Assembly (NCBI GenBank): GCA_951406725.2
Contig: OX597835.1
Coordinates: 29,760,001 to 29,824,000, forward strand
DNA: 64,000 nt
Direction: 5' to 3'
Source: Octopus vulgaris
Lineage: Eukaryota
Shown: in pieces, positions 42,415 through 57,245 of the stretch
Layout of the letters: each line of letters begins with the position of its first letter
Numbering within the stretch: position 1 is the stretch's first letter
Program-made: the position numbers and the translations under genes
The notes under the pieces: generated by a model
What the model saw: only the letters and a program-made list of their open reading frames with translations
Database searches by the model: none
Told to the model about the DNA's origin: nothing

Positions 42415-42709
42415 AACAATTCCAGCGTGGAAGGTGTTTGTAACCATTTAAGAAACACACAAAAGCCGTTCGATTCACTTCAACATTTAAATTTAATTTG
42501 TCAAAATATTTTCGTCGCTTTAAGACCGCGACCTGTTCACTGACAAAAATCCGTGCTGCATCTGATGCAGCACGGATTTTTGTCAGTGAACAGGTCGCGG
42601 ATTTTAACGACGAAAATATTTTGACAAATTAAACTTAAATGTTGAAGTGAATCGAACGGCTTTTGTGTGTTTCTTAAATGGCTTACAAACACCTTCCACG
42701 CTGCAATTG

Positions 42710-42711
<2 letters not shown>
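42415..42711. mobile_element. Near-perfect ~300-bp palindrome (1-nt loop at 42563) with a variant hammerhead in each arm
   Basis: ccgtgctgcatc-t-gatgcagcacgg centre; arms pair out to aacaat...attgtt; (TA)n nearby on both sides. Confidence 0.92.
42497..42547 (-). ncRNA. Variant minimal hammerhead motif with G3-C8 core; mirror copy on + at 42579-42628
   Basis: uuuguca-GUGAACA-g-gucgc(ggucuuaaa)gcgac-GAAA-AUAUU-U-ugacaaa: 7-bp stem I, 5-bp stem II, palindromic AAUAUU stem III. Confidence 0.7.
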
Positions 42712-42745
<34 letters not shown>

Positions 42746-43455
42746 AATTATTATTTGAGGGAATAAAATCCAAACTTATTTTCTACCTATTATATACGTT
42801 TTTATTATTATTTTTTGCAATTTACTTAATCTTTGACATTTTATTGTTATTTTAATTTCAATTTTTCTATTATATGTAATTTTCTAGATGATGTAATTTA
42901 ATCGTTCATTTTGAATTGATAAAAGGTGGGTTTTTTGCGGCCTTCGGGCTAAAACATTTTTAAGGATTTAAGGATATATATTGTTGACGTCGTAAGAACT
43001 TAAAATTCTTCCAGAAAACGAGAAATAATTCTTTTATTTTTTTAGAATAGAGGATTTCGAAGCACACAGAGCTATAAATAATAACGTATAAATATTGGGC
43101 AGAACAAAAACTTTTTGGATAAATAAGAGTCGAAGGCTATCATATCTACAGGAGATGTGGGTTCGTGTCCCACGGAGAGGTTCGAATTTTCTATTTAACA
43201 GAGCAAGACGACTGAAGGAATTCATGTTATCTACAATAGCGACAACATGAATTTCTTCCATCTTCTGTTGGCCATGCTGCAGCACCGCTTTTGATCGAGA
43301 AATTCGACCCCAGGATTTATTCTTTGTTATATCTATCGGTTTCTATTTTTTGCCGAACCGCTAAGTTGCGGGGATGTAAACATACTAGCATCGGTTGTCA
43401 AGCGATGTTAGGGAACAAACACAGATACACAAACATATGCATACATATATATATA

Positions 43456-43741
43456 TCACGTGATCACGTGACCGACCAGACCATCAGATGTTGTTACATA
43501 TCGCTAGTCACAATGCGTTCGCATTGTTTTAGCCTTCGAATGACGCCACCCCGCTGGCTAAGCGAGCAGGCCAACAGAAGAAAGAGTGGGAGAAAGAGTG
43601 GTGAAAGAGTACAGTAGGGATCACCACCCCCTGCCGGAGCCTCGTGGAGCTTTTAGGTGTTTTCGCTCAATAAACACTCACAACGCCCGGTCTGAGAATC
43701 GAAACCGCGATCCTGCGACCGCTAGGCCATTGCGCCTCCAC
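43456..43741 (-). mobile_element. SINE family 3, tail Y
   Basis: Homologous to 6093-6394, including the tcacgtgatcacgtgaccgacc end. Confidence 0.9.
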
Positions 43742-43754
43742 ACACACACACACA

Positions 43755-43849
<95 letters not shown>

Positions 43850-43962
43850 GTATATATATATATGACGGGAAGCTTTATGAAAATAGACAAAAGATGAAGG
43901 CAGGTGGAATACAAACAAACAATTGTATTAGTATGGCGCTCAGGAAATATAAATAAAACAAG

Positions 43963-44000
43963 TCTTTAACGTTTCGAGCCTACGCTCTTCAACAGAAAGA
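43963..44000 (-). ncRNA. Hammerhead-like motif with A6>U core change
   Basis: ucuuu-CUGUUGA-a-gagc(gua/g)gcuc-GAAA-C-GUU-aaaga; 5-bp stem I. Confidence 0.55.
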
Positions 44001-44089
44001 TACACAGAGAAAAAACACAGAAAGAAGGAGAGAAAAAAATATATGCGTGCAGAGGCTAGCGAATCAACATGGCGATACATACATATATG

Positions 44090-44208
<119 letters not shown>

Positions 44209-44374
44209 GACGGCCTTCTTTCAGTTTCCGTCTACAAAATCCACTCACAAGGCTTTAGTCGGCCCGAGGCTATAGTAGAAGACATTTTGCCGAAGGTGCC
44301 ACACAGTGGGACTGAATCTGGAACTATGTGGTTGGTAAGCAAGCTAGTTACCACACAGCCACTCATATACATAT

Positions 44375-44421
<47 letters not shown>

Positions 44422-44527
44422 TATACATCATGTGGAAAAAGAAAAAATTATAAGTTGAAAATATGTGGAAAACATATAAAAAGTGGAAGAGAAGTGCTTC
44501 CGTTTCACATAGTCTAATATCTTTCTA

Positions 44528-44753
44528 TTAGGTTGTCCGGAACGTTCGTGCCGATTCATAGTAGCTTACCTTTCGACTTACCCTCCCAGGCACCTCAATT
44601 CTGGGAAGAGGGTATTTTCAAGTTAAAGGAAAGATGGAGACGTATTGTGCAACAAATTGGTTCATATTTGGTTGATTAAAAACGTAATGGTAAGTATTTA
44701 TTGACCTTTTTCTTTCCTTTAAAAATCGGCACGAACTTTCCGGGCATCCCAGT
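44528..44753 (+). mobile_element. Internally deleted mariner (MITE-sized)
   Basis: TIRs ggttgtccggaacgttcgtgccgatt / aatcggcacgaactttccgggcatcc; interior retains the transposase end FWEEGIFKLKERWRRIVQQIGSYLVD*. Confidence 0.85.
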
Positions 44754-44895
44754 TTAATTTTTTTTATATATTTACATATTTTATGGATGTCGTGATATCC
44801 AACCGGTTTTTTCTAGTTAAATTAACCTTTCAAGGAACATTGTTAAGTTATCATTTCTTGATGGCCGCAGTCCAATGACTGAAACAAGTAAAAGA

Positions 44896-44948
<53 letters not shown>

Positions 44949-45379
44949 TTTACGATAACATGGTGGACCAGGTCAGTTTAAGTTTCCCTAATACTATAAT
45001 GTAAACATTTTTGAACTTATAATATTCTGTGCGTGTATGTATATACAGACACAATACCAATATTCCTTCTGGAAACTAACTTTAACATTTTCTTGAGAAT
45101 GTATATATATGTTGTAATCTTTTGTGCCCAATATTTTAATGAACTTGTTAAACTTTTTTATGTTCTTAACATGTTCTTGTTACCAAAGAATGTATATATG
45201 TATTGTAGTATTTTGTGACAACCAATAATTAACACAACCAAAATTTTACATGTTACTTTTGACGATCTTTCTCTAAAAAGTGAAACCGGTAAAGTAAATA
45301 AACATCTTTTAAAATTGCATTTTCAAACCTTCTTTCGTATATAGTTCCACTCGTGCGGTACCTTACAACTCCACTTTGT

Positions 45380-45433
<54 letters not shown>

Positions 45434-45511
45434 CACACACACAAACACACACATATATATATATATATATGTATATATATATGCATGTATGTATATATCT
45501 CTGTGCGTGTC

Positions 45512-45710
45512 TTGTGTCTGTGTTTGTCCCCCTATCATCGCCTAGCAACCGGTGTTGGTGTGTGTACGTCCCCGTAACTTAGTGTTTTGGCAAAGGAACC
45601 GATAGAATAAGTTCTAGGCTTAGAAATATGCCGTAGGGTCGAATTGTTCGACAAAAGGCGGTGCTCCAGCATGGCCGCAGTCAAATGACTGAAACAATAA
45701 AAGATAAAAA
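45512..45710 (+). mobile_element. Family 2 SINE 3' half
   Basis: gtgtctgtgtttgtcccc...ggcggtgctccagcatggccgcagtcaaatgactgaaac. Confidence 0.85.
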
Positions 45711-45772
45711 TGAATCAAACGTGAGTGTATGTGTGTTTGTGTGTCTGCGGAGGAGTCGGTGAGTTTATGTGT

Positions 45773-45814
<42 letters not shown>

Positions 45815-45857
45815 GTACAAACTTTCATGCAAACTGATGTGTGTTTATAGACACACG

Positions 45858-45888
<31 letters not shown>

Positions 45889-45895
45889 GTATGTA

Positions 45896-45993
<98 letters not shown>

Positions 45994-46709
45994 TGTGTGT
46001 ATGTATTTGACAAAGCCATGATCCCTCGATCGTATTGTATTAAGGAGGTTGGACTGGTTTGGATAAGTCCTGGTTGTTCGCCATTGCTATTGCTGCTGGT
46101 GTTGTTGTTGTTGTTGTTGTAACCGTTGTTGTTGTTATTGTTGGTGTTGTTGTTGCTGTTGTTGTTGTAGGTGGCGATGGTGTGGTGGCGTGGTGGCGTT
46201 AGCAGTTTTTCCCTTTGCGAGTGCTGACCATTATCTACACAAAGTTGGTCTTAATAACCGTTCACTAAAATCGCAATGCAGTCTGACTCCCTTCAGCTAA
46301 GTCGGGGGTTTGGCAGAAGAAGAATGGTGGCAATGGCAGCGGCGGTGGCGGAGGCGGTAGTGGTGGTGGGGGTGGTAATGGAAAGAAAGAAAGAAAGAAT
46401 GAATGAAAGGAAGCTGTTCTCGAAAGGTAGAGAGAAAGATTTGGGGCTGGGGACGAATCACAAACGGTGAGATAAATTGATATATAAATGCTGTGAATAG
46501 AGGGAAATATTTACAGAGAGACAGTGGCACATACAGGGAGGGAGTGGAGCACTGAGAGACGGATGAGAAAGGAAAGTGACGGACAATATGGTACATAGAT
46601 GAATTAATAAACGGAAAAGACGTTTATGTGTCTGTTTATGTGTGTATGCGTGCGTGTGTGTGTGTGCGACTGTGTAGATAGAGTAAGTAAAGAAAGATTC
46701 GTCTATCTA

Positions 46710-46752
<43 letters not shown>

Positions 46753-46787
46753 GTTGGGCAGTGTGTCTGTCAGTCTGTCTGTCTCAC

Positions 46788-46848
<61 letters not shown>

Positions 46849-47654
46849 GTCTGTCTATCTATCTATCTATCTATCTATCTGTTGGGCAGTGTGTCTGTCA
46901 GTCTGTATTCATATACATAATGTATGTATATATATATACAGAGAGAGAAAGAGAGAGATAGATAGATACATACATACATATATTTCTGCACACACACAAG
47001 CACACACACATATACATACATACGTACGAGCAGAGAAAGTGAGAACAAGAAAAAGAGCGAGCGTGTGCGTGAGAGAGAGTTATTTGCCTGGCTAGATCGA
47101 TAGATTGGTAGATAGACAGGTATATAGACAGACAGTCAGACAGAGATAGTTATATAGGAAGACAGATAGGCAAACAGCCTGCTAGCCAGTCAGATTGCTA
47201 GCTAAATATATAGATAGCAAGAATGTTTAAAGGAAAGACATAAAGTCATTAAAGAAAGAAGGAAAACACGAAGAAAGAAGATAGAAGAAAAGAAAGACAA
47301 AAAAAATTGTACGTGTCTAAAGAGGTTGAAGGGAATTGAATAAAAGTAAGGAAAGAGAAGGAAAATAAATGAAACAGAAAAATGGAAGAGAAGAATAAGA
47401 AAAGGATAAGAGATAAGGCGAAAAGCTATTTCGGTAAAGGGCAGAAGCCGGCAGAAGATTTCTACGGAATCTCGTTAATGGTGCAGAGTTTGATCTGTTG
47501 AAGCTACTTTGGTAAATTGAAGTACGGTTTGACCGTCAACTAAGATGTCTTAACGTACATTTTGCTTAACGCAGACGACCAAAGCAAAAAGACGCAGACG
47601 ACCGACAGAGGAGGCAAAAGGAAAGAAAGCTGAAAAATGCCGTGACACATCGAC

Positions 47655-48396
47655 AGAGGGAGGGATGGAAAGAGGGAGAAAGAGAGTATATGGGTGAAAG
47701 GCAGAGAGAAAGCAAAAGAACGAAAGAGAGAGAGAAACCAATAAGAGAAAGAAAGAGAGAGAAAGAGGGAGAGAATAGGAGAGAGAGAGAAAGAGAGTAT
47801 GTGGGTGAATGGTAGAGAGAAAACAGAAGAACGAAAGAGAGAGAGAAACCAATAAGAGAAAGAAAGAGAGAGAGAGAAAGAGGGAGAGAATAGGAGAGAA
47901 AGAATGAGAGTATGTGGGTGAAAGGCAGAGAGTAAGCAAAAGAGCGAAGGAGAGAGAGAAACCGATAAGAGAGAGAGAGAAAGAGAGAAAAGAGGGAGAG
48001 AATGGGGAGAGAGAAAGAGAGTATGTGGGTGAATGGTAGAGAGAAAACAAAAGAACGAAAGAGAGAGGAACCGATAAGAGAAAGAGGGAGAAAGACAAAG
48101 AAAGGGTGACAGAAAGAGGAGAGAGAGAGACAGACTGACAGAGAAAGGGAAGAGAAAAAGATTGTATGGGTCTCTGAGTGGGTAGGAGGGAATAAAAGGG
48201 AGGGATGAGAGAGAGAGAGAAAAAGAGAGAGAGGAGTAAGAGAGAGGAAGAGAGAGAACAGAAGAATGAAAGGGGAACACATGAGAGAAAGAGAGAGAGG
48301 CAAAGAAAGGGTGAGAGAAAAGAGAAATAGATAAATAAAGAGAGAGAGGCAGACAGAGAAAGAGAGGGGAAGAGATTGTATGGGTTTCTGGGTGGC

Positions 48397-48441
<45 letters not shown>

Positions 48442-49067
48442 GAGAAAGGGAGAGAGAGAGAGAAAAAAGAGAGAGAGAAATCAACAAAGAGGAAGGGAAA
48501 GCGCATGTGTGTGTGTGTGTTTGTCGGGGGGTGAGTGACCAAGAGAAAATATAAAGGTGAGAGAGACAGAGAAGCAGAGAGACAGAGAAGCAGAGAGACA
48601 GAGAGAGGTAAATACAGATATTGAGAAAGGTTAAGGGACAAGCATAAAAAGAAAAAGATGGAGAAGATTATTTGTGAAAGAATCAGTGATGGCGAGACAG
48701 AGAGCGAACGAGAGAAAAGGAGATTGCGAAAGAGCTTGAGAGGCAAAGAGGAGAGAGAGGAAGGAGGCAGAGAGAAGAGAGGCAGAGAGAGAAGAGGCAG
48801 AGAGAGGAGAGGGAAAGAGAGGAGAGGCAGAGAGAGGAGAGGCAGAGAGATGAGAGGCAGAGAGATAAGAGGCAGAGAGATGAGAGACAGAGAGAGGAGT
48901 GGTAAAGAGAGGAGAGGCAGAGAGAAGAGAGGGGAAGAGAGAGGGGAAGAGAGGGGAAGAGAGAAAGAAGGAAAACAGTGCGGCAGAAAGAGAGAGAGAG
49001 AGGGGGGACAGAGAGAAAGGCAGAGAGAGGGGGTAGAGAGAGAGAGGCAGCAAGGGAGGAGAAATGT

Positions 49068-49099
<32 letters not shown>

Positions 49100-49402
49100 C
49101 GTAAGGGGAAACTGGGTGGGGGCAGAGAGAGACAGGTAGAGAGAGGAAAAGGAAGAAGGAGAGAGAGAGAGAGGAAGAGAGGGAAAGGCTGAGAGAAGGG
49201 GGAAGAGAGAGGCAGCAAGAGAGGGAGAAATGTAGAGAAAGAGAAAGAGAGCGGAAGGGGGAAGTGGGTGGGGGCAGAGAGAGACAGGTAGAGAGAGGAA
49301 AAGGAAGGAGAGAGAGAGGCAGAGAAGGAGGGGAAAGAGAGGAAGGGAAGAGAGAAAGAGGGAAAACAGCACGACAGAAAGAGAGAGAGGAAAAGGAAGA
49401 AG

Positions 49403-49437
<35 letters not shown>

Positions 49438-49500
49438 GGAAAGACTGAGAGAGGGGGGTAGAGAGGAGGAGGAGATGAAAATGGGGAGAATGTGGAAGGA
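47655..49500. repeat. Long polypurine tract with higher-order repeats
   Basis: gagtatgtgggtgaa recurs about every 110 bp at 47685-48035; agaggcagagag(a/g) units at 48760-48930; ~135-bp duplication at 49040-49320. Confidence 0.85.
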
Positions 49501-50058
49501 AGCAGGACGGGAGGTGGAAAGAGACGAGGAAGCGTAAGGAAGGGTTGGGGGTGGTTCGGTGAAGTGGGAGTGTGTGATGTAGTGTTGTTGTTGTTGTGTG
49601 TTTGTGGGTAGCATGGAGGTGGGTGGTGGTATGAGAACAGACAGAAGAAACATTTCTGGGAAATGTTTGTATGTATTTACAAATATTAATGCACTCCTAG
49701 GGAAAGAGAAAGAACGGAATAGCCGTAGAAATAATAGGCGGGTGCGGGTTGGGAGAGTAAGAGCTAGAGAATAGGAAGAATTAGGGAATAGGAGAATTAG
49801 AGAATAGGAGAATTAGGGAATTTGAAGGAGTAGGAACGATATAGGTGCAATAAGATGAACAGACGCAAAAAGACACTATAGGGGCGATCAAAAGAATAGG
49901 AGCAACAAGAGTTATTACAGATACAGTAAAAAGGGTTTAGAAATTTGGCATAAGTCCAGAAATATTAGGGGCAGAGGTTTAACTATTTTACATCAACCCA
50001 AATAATTGACAGGAACGTTAGTAAACAGTATTTCGTCCGTCTTTATGATCCTTTAGCC

Positions 50059-50344
50059 CAGCGGTTCCCAAAGTGGGCGATATGCCCCTCCCCCATCCCG
50101 AGGGCGGTAGAAAGTTCCAACGAGGGGCGTTGAAGAAAAGTGGGGCGATAAAAGTGGTAGCGATTCATGTAAAAACAACAAAATAATGGGTTTTTTAGGT
50201 TAAGTTTTATTTGTGAAATACAGTTGCTTTGAATTTGCTTCAGAAAAGGGGTCTATGTTTGTGATGGTTAGTTGGGGTGGAGGCACTAGGAATGTGGCCT
50301 GGGTGTCAAAGGGGTGGCAGCCTGTAAAAGTGTGAGAACCACTA
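50059..50344. mobile_element. hAT (Charlie-like) MITE
   Basis: Ends cagcggttcccaaa / tgagaaccacta; degenerate 8-bp TSD ctttagcc / ctttagat; sits within family 1 SINE remnants. Confidence 0.7.
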
Positions 50345-50444
50345 CTTTAGATCCCTAAAGGATGACAGGTAAATTCGATCACGGCGGAATTCGAACTCGA
50401 GACGAAATGCTTGGAGTAAAACTGCAAAGCGTTTTGCACGGAAA

Positions 50445-50679
50445 TAGTTTCCAATTTTCACTAAAGTCCAGCAAAGTCAGTCTGGTGGGAAGTAAGTCGA
50501 TTACATCGACTCCATAGATCAAATGATACTTATTTTATCGACCCCAAAAGGGATGAAAGGCAAAGGCGACCTTGGCGGAATTTGATCTCAGATCCTAAAG
50601 ACGGATGAAATGTCGCTAACTATTTTGTCCGGCTTACTAACGTTTCTGTCATCTCACCGCCTTAATAATGATGATGATG

Positions 50680-50738
<59 letters not shown>

Positions 50739-50951
50739 CTTTTCTACTCTAGGCACAAGGCCCGAAATTTTGTGAGGGGAGCCAGTCGATTAGATAAACC
50801 CTAGTACGCAACTGGTGCTTAATTTATGACCCCGAAAGGATGAAAAGCAAAGTCGACCTCAGCAGAATTTGAACTCAGAACGTAAAGACAAACTAAATAC
50901 CGCTAAGCATTTCGCCCGGCGTGCTAATGTTTCTACCAGCGCGCTGCCTTA
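50445..50951 (-). mobile_element. Two family 1 SINEs (tail B) separated by (AAT)n
   Basis: ~50445-50663 and ~50737-50951, each with gatgaaa(g/a)gcaaag..gacct..gc.gaatttga.ctcaga. Confidence 0.85.
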
Positions 50952-51936
50952 ATATGACACTCGGAAAAGGAAAAGAGTACTTGTTTTATGTTGTTTCGAG
51001 CATGGCTCTTCTTCGGAAACAGGAAAAACAGAAAAGTCCAGTGAGAAGAAGGAAAGAAGAAAAAATAACGCCAATAATACACTTGCTGTGCTGTTATGCA
51101 CACACACACACACCAATGTATATAACGTATGTGTGTTTTGATGTATATGTAAGTGTGCGTGTGTATGTGCGTGGTGTGAGGGGGGATAGATTCTGTGCAT
51201 TTGTATGCGCGCGCGCGTGCATCACTTAAATTCACTCTAGAAGATTGAGATAACGTTTCGTTTCGCATCATTTCTATCTCAGAGAGTGTTTCATACGTAT
51301 GTGTGTGAATGTGTGTTTGCACACACACACACACACACACATGTACACACATATATACACACATATATATACACATATATCAGGTATGTGTGTAGCACAT
51401 GTATGAGCTTGTGCATATGTGTGTATGTGTTTGTACGCATTAGTATATGTATGTGTGTGTACACATGTGTTTATGTGTGTGTGTGTACGCATGAGTGTAT
51501 ATGTGTGTGTGTGTGTATGTGTTGAGTGTGATGTTATGGGTGGTAAACGAATCAAGCTGACGTGTCCATCTTAAAAACGTATTTCATGCGTGAATATTGT
51601 AATTGCCGTTCCCGTCATGCCTTGACGATGGTACAAAACACACACGTACACACATACACGCACACACACGCACACACACCCACAAACAAATACACATACA
51701 CAAATGCACGCATATACCCGTGCGGAAGTACACGCAGAGACAAAGACATATCGAGGCGAACACTACCCGTATATTCATATTTGAATATTCCGACACCAAT
51801 ACAGTAACGCACATAGTGAAGACACAACTATGTATGCATACATACATACATAGATACATACATACATACATACATACATACATACATACATACATACATA
51901 CATACATACATACATACATACATACATACACATATA

Positions 51937-51969
<33 letters not shown>

Positions 51970-52007
51970 GCTTGTCTATCTGTCTAGTTATCTATCTATT
52001 TATCTAA

Positions 52008-52110
<103 letters not shown>

Positions 52111-52337
52111 TATCTGTTTTTCTGTCTATCTATGTATCTATGTATCTATCTATTTGCCTGTTTGTTGCCCGTCTATCTTATCTGTCTGTCTGTCTGTTTG
52201 TCTGTTTCTCTGCCTCTCTCTACTCTCTATCTATCTCTAACTCTTTATCTTTGTTTATCGGTATGTATGTACGTATGTATGTATGTATGTATGTATGTAT
52301 GTATGTATGTATGTATGTATGTATGTATGTATGTATG

Positions 52338-52368
<31 letters not shown>

Positions 52369-52972
52369 GAAGGTGTGTATGTATGTATGCATGTATGTAT
52401 GTATGTATGTATGGATGGATGGATGGATGTATGTATGTATGTATGGATGGATGGATGTATGTATGTATGGATGGATAGATGTATGTATGTATTTGAAATG
52501 TCCCTTGTGTCTTCACCCGATTTGAGCGAAATCAGTACATGGTAATGATAAACAGTTTTGACTAATGTTTTCTTAAACGCTTACCTTTCTTTCTTCATTA
52601 TCTGCCACTTCCTTCCTCTCACTGGAACCCAGAAAAACCAAATGTGACGTTGATTATTGTATCAATACCCGAAATGCCCAAATTCATGAATTACATCAAC
52701 AAACACATGCACTAACACGCGCACATTTTAAATATATAGGAAATACTGACACAACAAGGTACCAATTTTTGTTGGAAATAGCAGTCGATAACTGTTCAAC
52801 GCTTGGCAAAGCTTCACTGAATGTATAGAGACACAGATGTGTGCGGGCGGCGAACATAAAAAATTTTCACTTCACCACTAAGAAGAACGCCAAAGAAATG
52901 GACAACCTCGTACTCGAGTTTCGGTCTTTTCAGAATACATTTGTTATCGTAGAACTGATTAGTCTTCGCCGG

Positions 52973-53271
52973 CAGTGGCGGACTGGCCATGTTGCCAGCT
53001 TGCCTTATAGCATGTAGGCTCCTGAGCTATTAGAATCCATATATGGGGGGGGGGGGCATGTTGGTATCTAAGGGGCCTATCCCCTCAAGTTTGAGAATTT
53101 TTAATTCACTCCTGGAAGAATACATTAATTATTTCAGCCTAGCTGTGTTTGTACACAGTTGAAAAGAATACTTTTAGCAAAGAAAAAAATAACTAAATGA
53201 TAGCATTGTCATTGCGAATGGGCCCCCTCAGTCTCCTGGCAACCAACATTTTTAGACCCAGCCCGCCACTG
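52973..53271. mobile_element. hAT-like MITE
   Basis: TIRs cagtggcggactgg / ccagcccgccactg; decayed 8-bp TSD ttcgccgg / ttcatcgt. Confidence 0.75.
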
Positions 53272-53768
53272 TTCATCGTTTAGGTCTACCTTAAAGACTA
53301 AATTTAAAATATCCGCTACACCAATACCGGCATACTCGACCAATAGTCCTAGTCATATCACTGAACCGAGTTCAGTGAAAACGCTTTATACTTATACAAA
53401 AATTATAAATATCATTACAATACAAAAGAATTATTTTCCAGCGAAATAAAGCAGAGTAAAGGTAGAATAAATAAATAGGAAATAGTGGCACAGCAAGGTA
53501 GCAATTTTTGCTGGAAATAGCAGTCGAACTTATAGAGGCAAAGACATGTGCTTTATTTCGCTGGAAAATAATACTATTGTATTGTAATAATATTTGTAAT
53601 TCACACACACATACACACACACACACACTCACACACACATGTGTTTGTGTATTATATTTATATATATATATTTATATATATATAAATATATGTAGATATG
53701 TACATATATGTATGTATATATGCATATATTTAAATATTATTTATATTATATATATATATATATATACA

Positions 53769-53814
<46 letters not shown>

Positions 53815-53830
53815 AATATCTATCTATCTA

Positions 53831-53898
<68 letters not shown>

Positions 53899-54069
53899 GA
53901 GAGCGAAACTGGGAGAGAGAGAGAGAGAGAGAGAGAGTAAAGTTTATTTGGCAACGTAAAGTGGCAGTCCTGATTAGGACGAATGTTACTACTATTTAGC
54001 TCCAGGAAAACATCTCCAGCTGGCTATCGACGCACTAACTGCGTTCTTACACTTCAAACAAGGGAGTTA

Positions 54070-55400
<1,331 letters not shown>

Positions 55401-55564
55401 ACGTATTTACTTTCTTACTTACTTTGTGGGCACAAGACCTGTGACTCTAGTGCTCAACTGGTACTTAATTCATCGACCTTGGAGGAATGAAAGGCAAAGT
55501 CGACCACTGTAGAATATGAGCTCAGTAAGAGGAAACCTGGAGAAATAGCATAACGTTAATATAT

Positions 55565-55870
55565 TGTTGTTTGTTCCTCTCGAGCCATGCCTAGCTCATA
55601 AGGGCCGGTTTCCCGGTTTCTGTGGCGTATAGGTTCCTCACCTGGACGGGACGCCGGTCCGTCGAAGGTGAGCTGCAAGAAGTAGGAGGAAAGAGTAAGA
55701 GAAAGTTGTGGCGATAGAGTCAGCAGAAGTTCGGCCATTACCTTCTGCCGGATCCGTGTGGAGCTTAGGTGTTTCGCTCATAAACACATACACCACCCGG
55801 TCTGAGATTCGAACCCGCAATCCCTCGACCTCGAATCCTCTGCTCTAACCACTAGGCCATGCGCCTCCAC
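55565..55870 (-). mobile_element. SINE family 3, full length, tail X
   Basis: Reverse complement of the 36388-36699 type; TSD aacgttaa(t/g)atat on both sides. Confidence 0.92.
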
Positions 55871-56105
55871 CAACGTTAAGATATGCACGGAAGGGAGCGT
55901 GCGCGCGCACTCGTGTGTGTGTTCTCGTTATGTCCACTGCCTTATACACTCGAGTTGAATGGCTTTCGTTAGAGATGATGGTAATATTCATAGAGTCAAT
56001 GTAATCGACTTAACCCTCCCACCAAAATTTTAGGTCTTGTGCCCACAAAGTAAGTAAGCAACCATCCATCCATCAATTAATCCATCCATCCATCTATCCA
56101 TCCAA

Positions 56106-56163
<58 letters not shown>

Positions 56164-56208
56164 TAATATATATACATATACATATATAATATATATACAT
56201 ATATATAT

Positions 56209-56637
56209 AGGCGCAGGAGTGGCTTTGTGGTAAGTAGCTTGCTTACCAACCACACAGTTCCGGGTTCAGTCCCACTGCGTGGCACCTTGGGCAACTGTCT
56301 TCTACTATAGCCTCGGGCCGACCAAAGCCTTGTGAGTAGATTTGGTAGACGGAAACTGAAAGAAGCCCGACGTATATATATATATATGTATATATATATG
56401 TTTGTGTGTGTGTGTGTGTTTGTGTGTCTGTGTTTGTCTCCCCAACATCGCTTGACAACCGATGCTGGTGTGTTTTCGTCCCCGTAACTTAGCGGTTCGC
56501 CAAAAGAGACCGATAGGATAAGTACTAGGCTTACAAAGAATAAGTCCTGGTGTCGATTTGCTCGACTAAAAAGGCGGTGCTCCAGCATGGCCGCAGTCAA
56601 ATGACTGAAACAAGAAAAAGATAAAAGAGTAAAAGAG
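56209..56637 (+). mobile_element. SINE family 2, full length
   Basis: aggcgcaggagtggctttgtggtaagtagc...gactgaaacaagaaaagataaaagag. Confidence 0.92.
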
Positions 56638-57208
56638 ATATGTATAATTAATAAATTTTCGGTGTGGAAATGAATGATATGATGATAATATTCCTTGGGA
56701 AATGTGTCTGCTAATCCCTTCGTACAGCTTCCGTAGGATATCCAAGTGCACAGTGTGAGTCTTCAATGGCGTTTTTCGTATCCCCATCCTCGTTACAACC
56801 AGATCAAAGTCAAGTGCGATGGAGAATCCCATAACTTTGTGGAAATGTAATTGTTGCGTCTCGCGTATTTGCTGTTAATCGTTTTAATTCACTTCTATTA
56901 ATATTCGATACACCTGAGTAGTTAATAGCCATGCTTTGCTCACGTTAATTAGGAATTTAATTGAAATATTTGGTGGAACCGACTTCAATAACGACAAAGT
57001 CACAATGATTGCTTTGCAGTATCTAACCGGCTCTTAACGGTCCACGATTTCACGTTTGTTTCCCAAACGCTTTAAAGATTAATATTTCTTTCTTTTTGTT
57101 TTTTAAAAATTTCTTCGTCAGCCAACGCTTTCTCCGTTTTGGTGTACACGACCAGTCGTGATTCTCCACTTTTGATATTTTTGCCAATTTATTTCGGATT
57201 TTGTATAT

Positions 57209-57245
<37 letters not shown>

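Noticed and set aside
47555-47650. Exon after ttttgcttaacgcag
   Set aside because: No convincing donor or recognisable protein; it runs into the purine repeat
50983-51020. Active hammerhead
   Set aside because: The core reads CCGAAGA and the stem III/cleavage triplet is disrupted; counted only as a degenerate cassette copy
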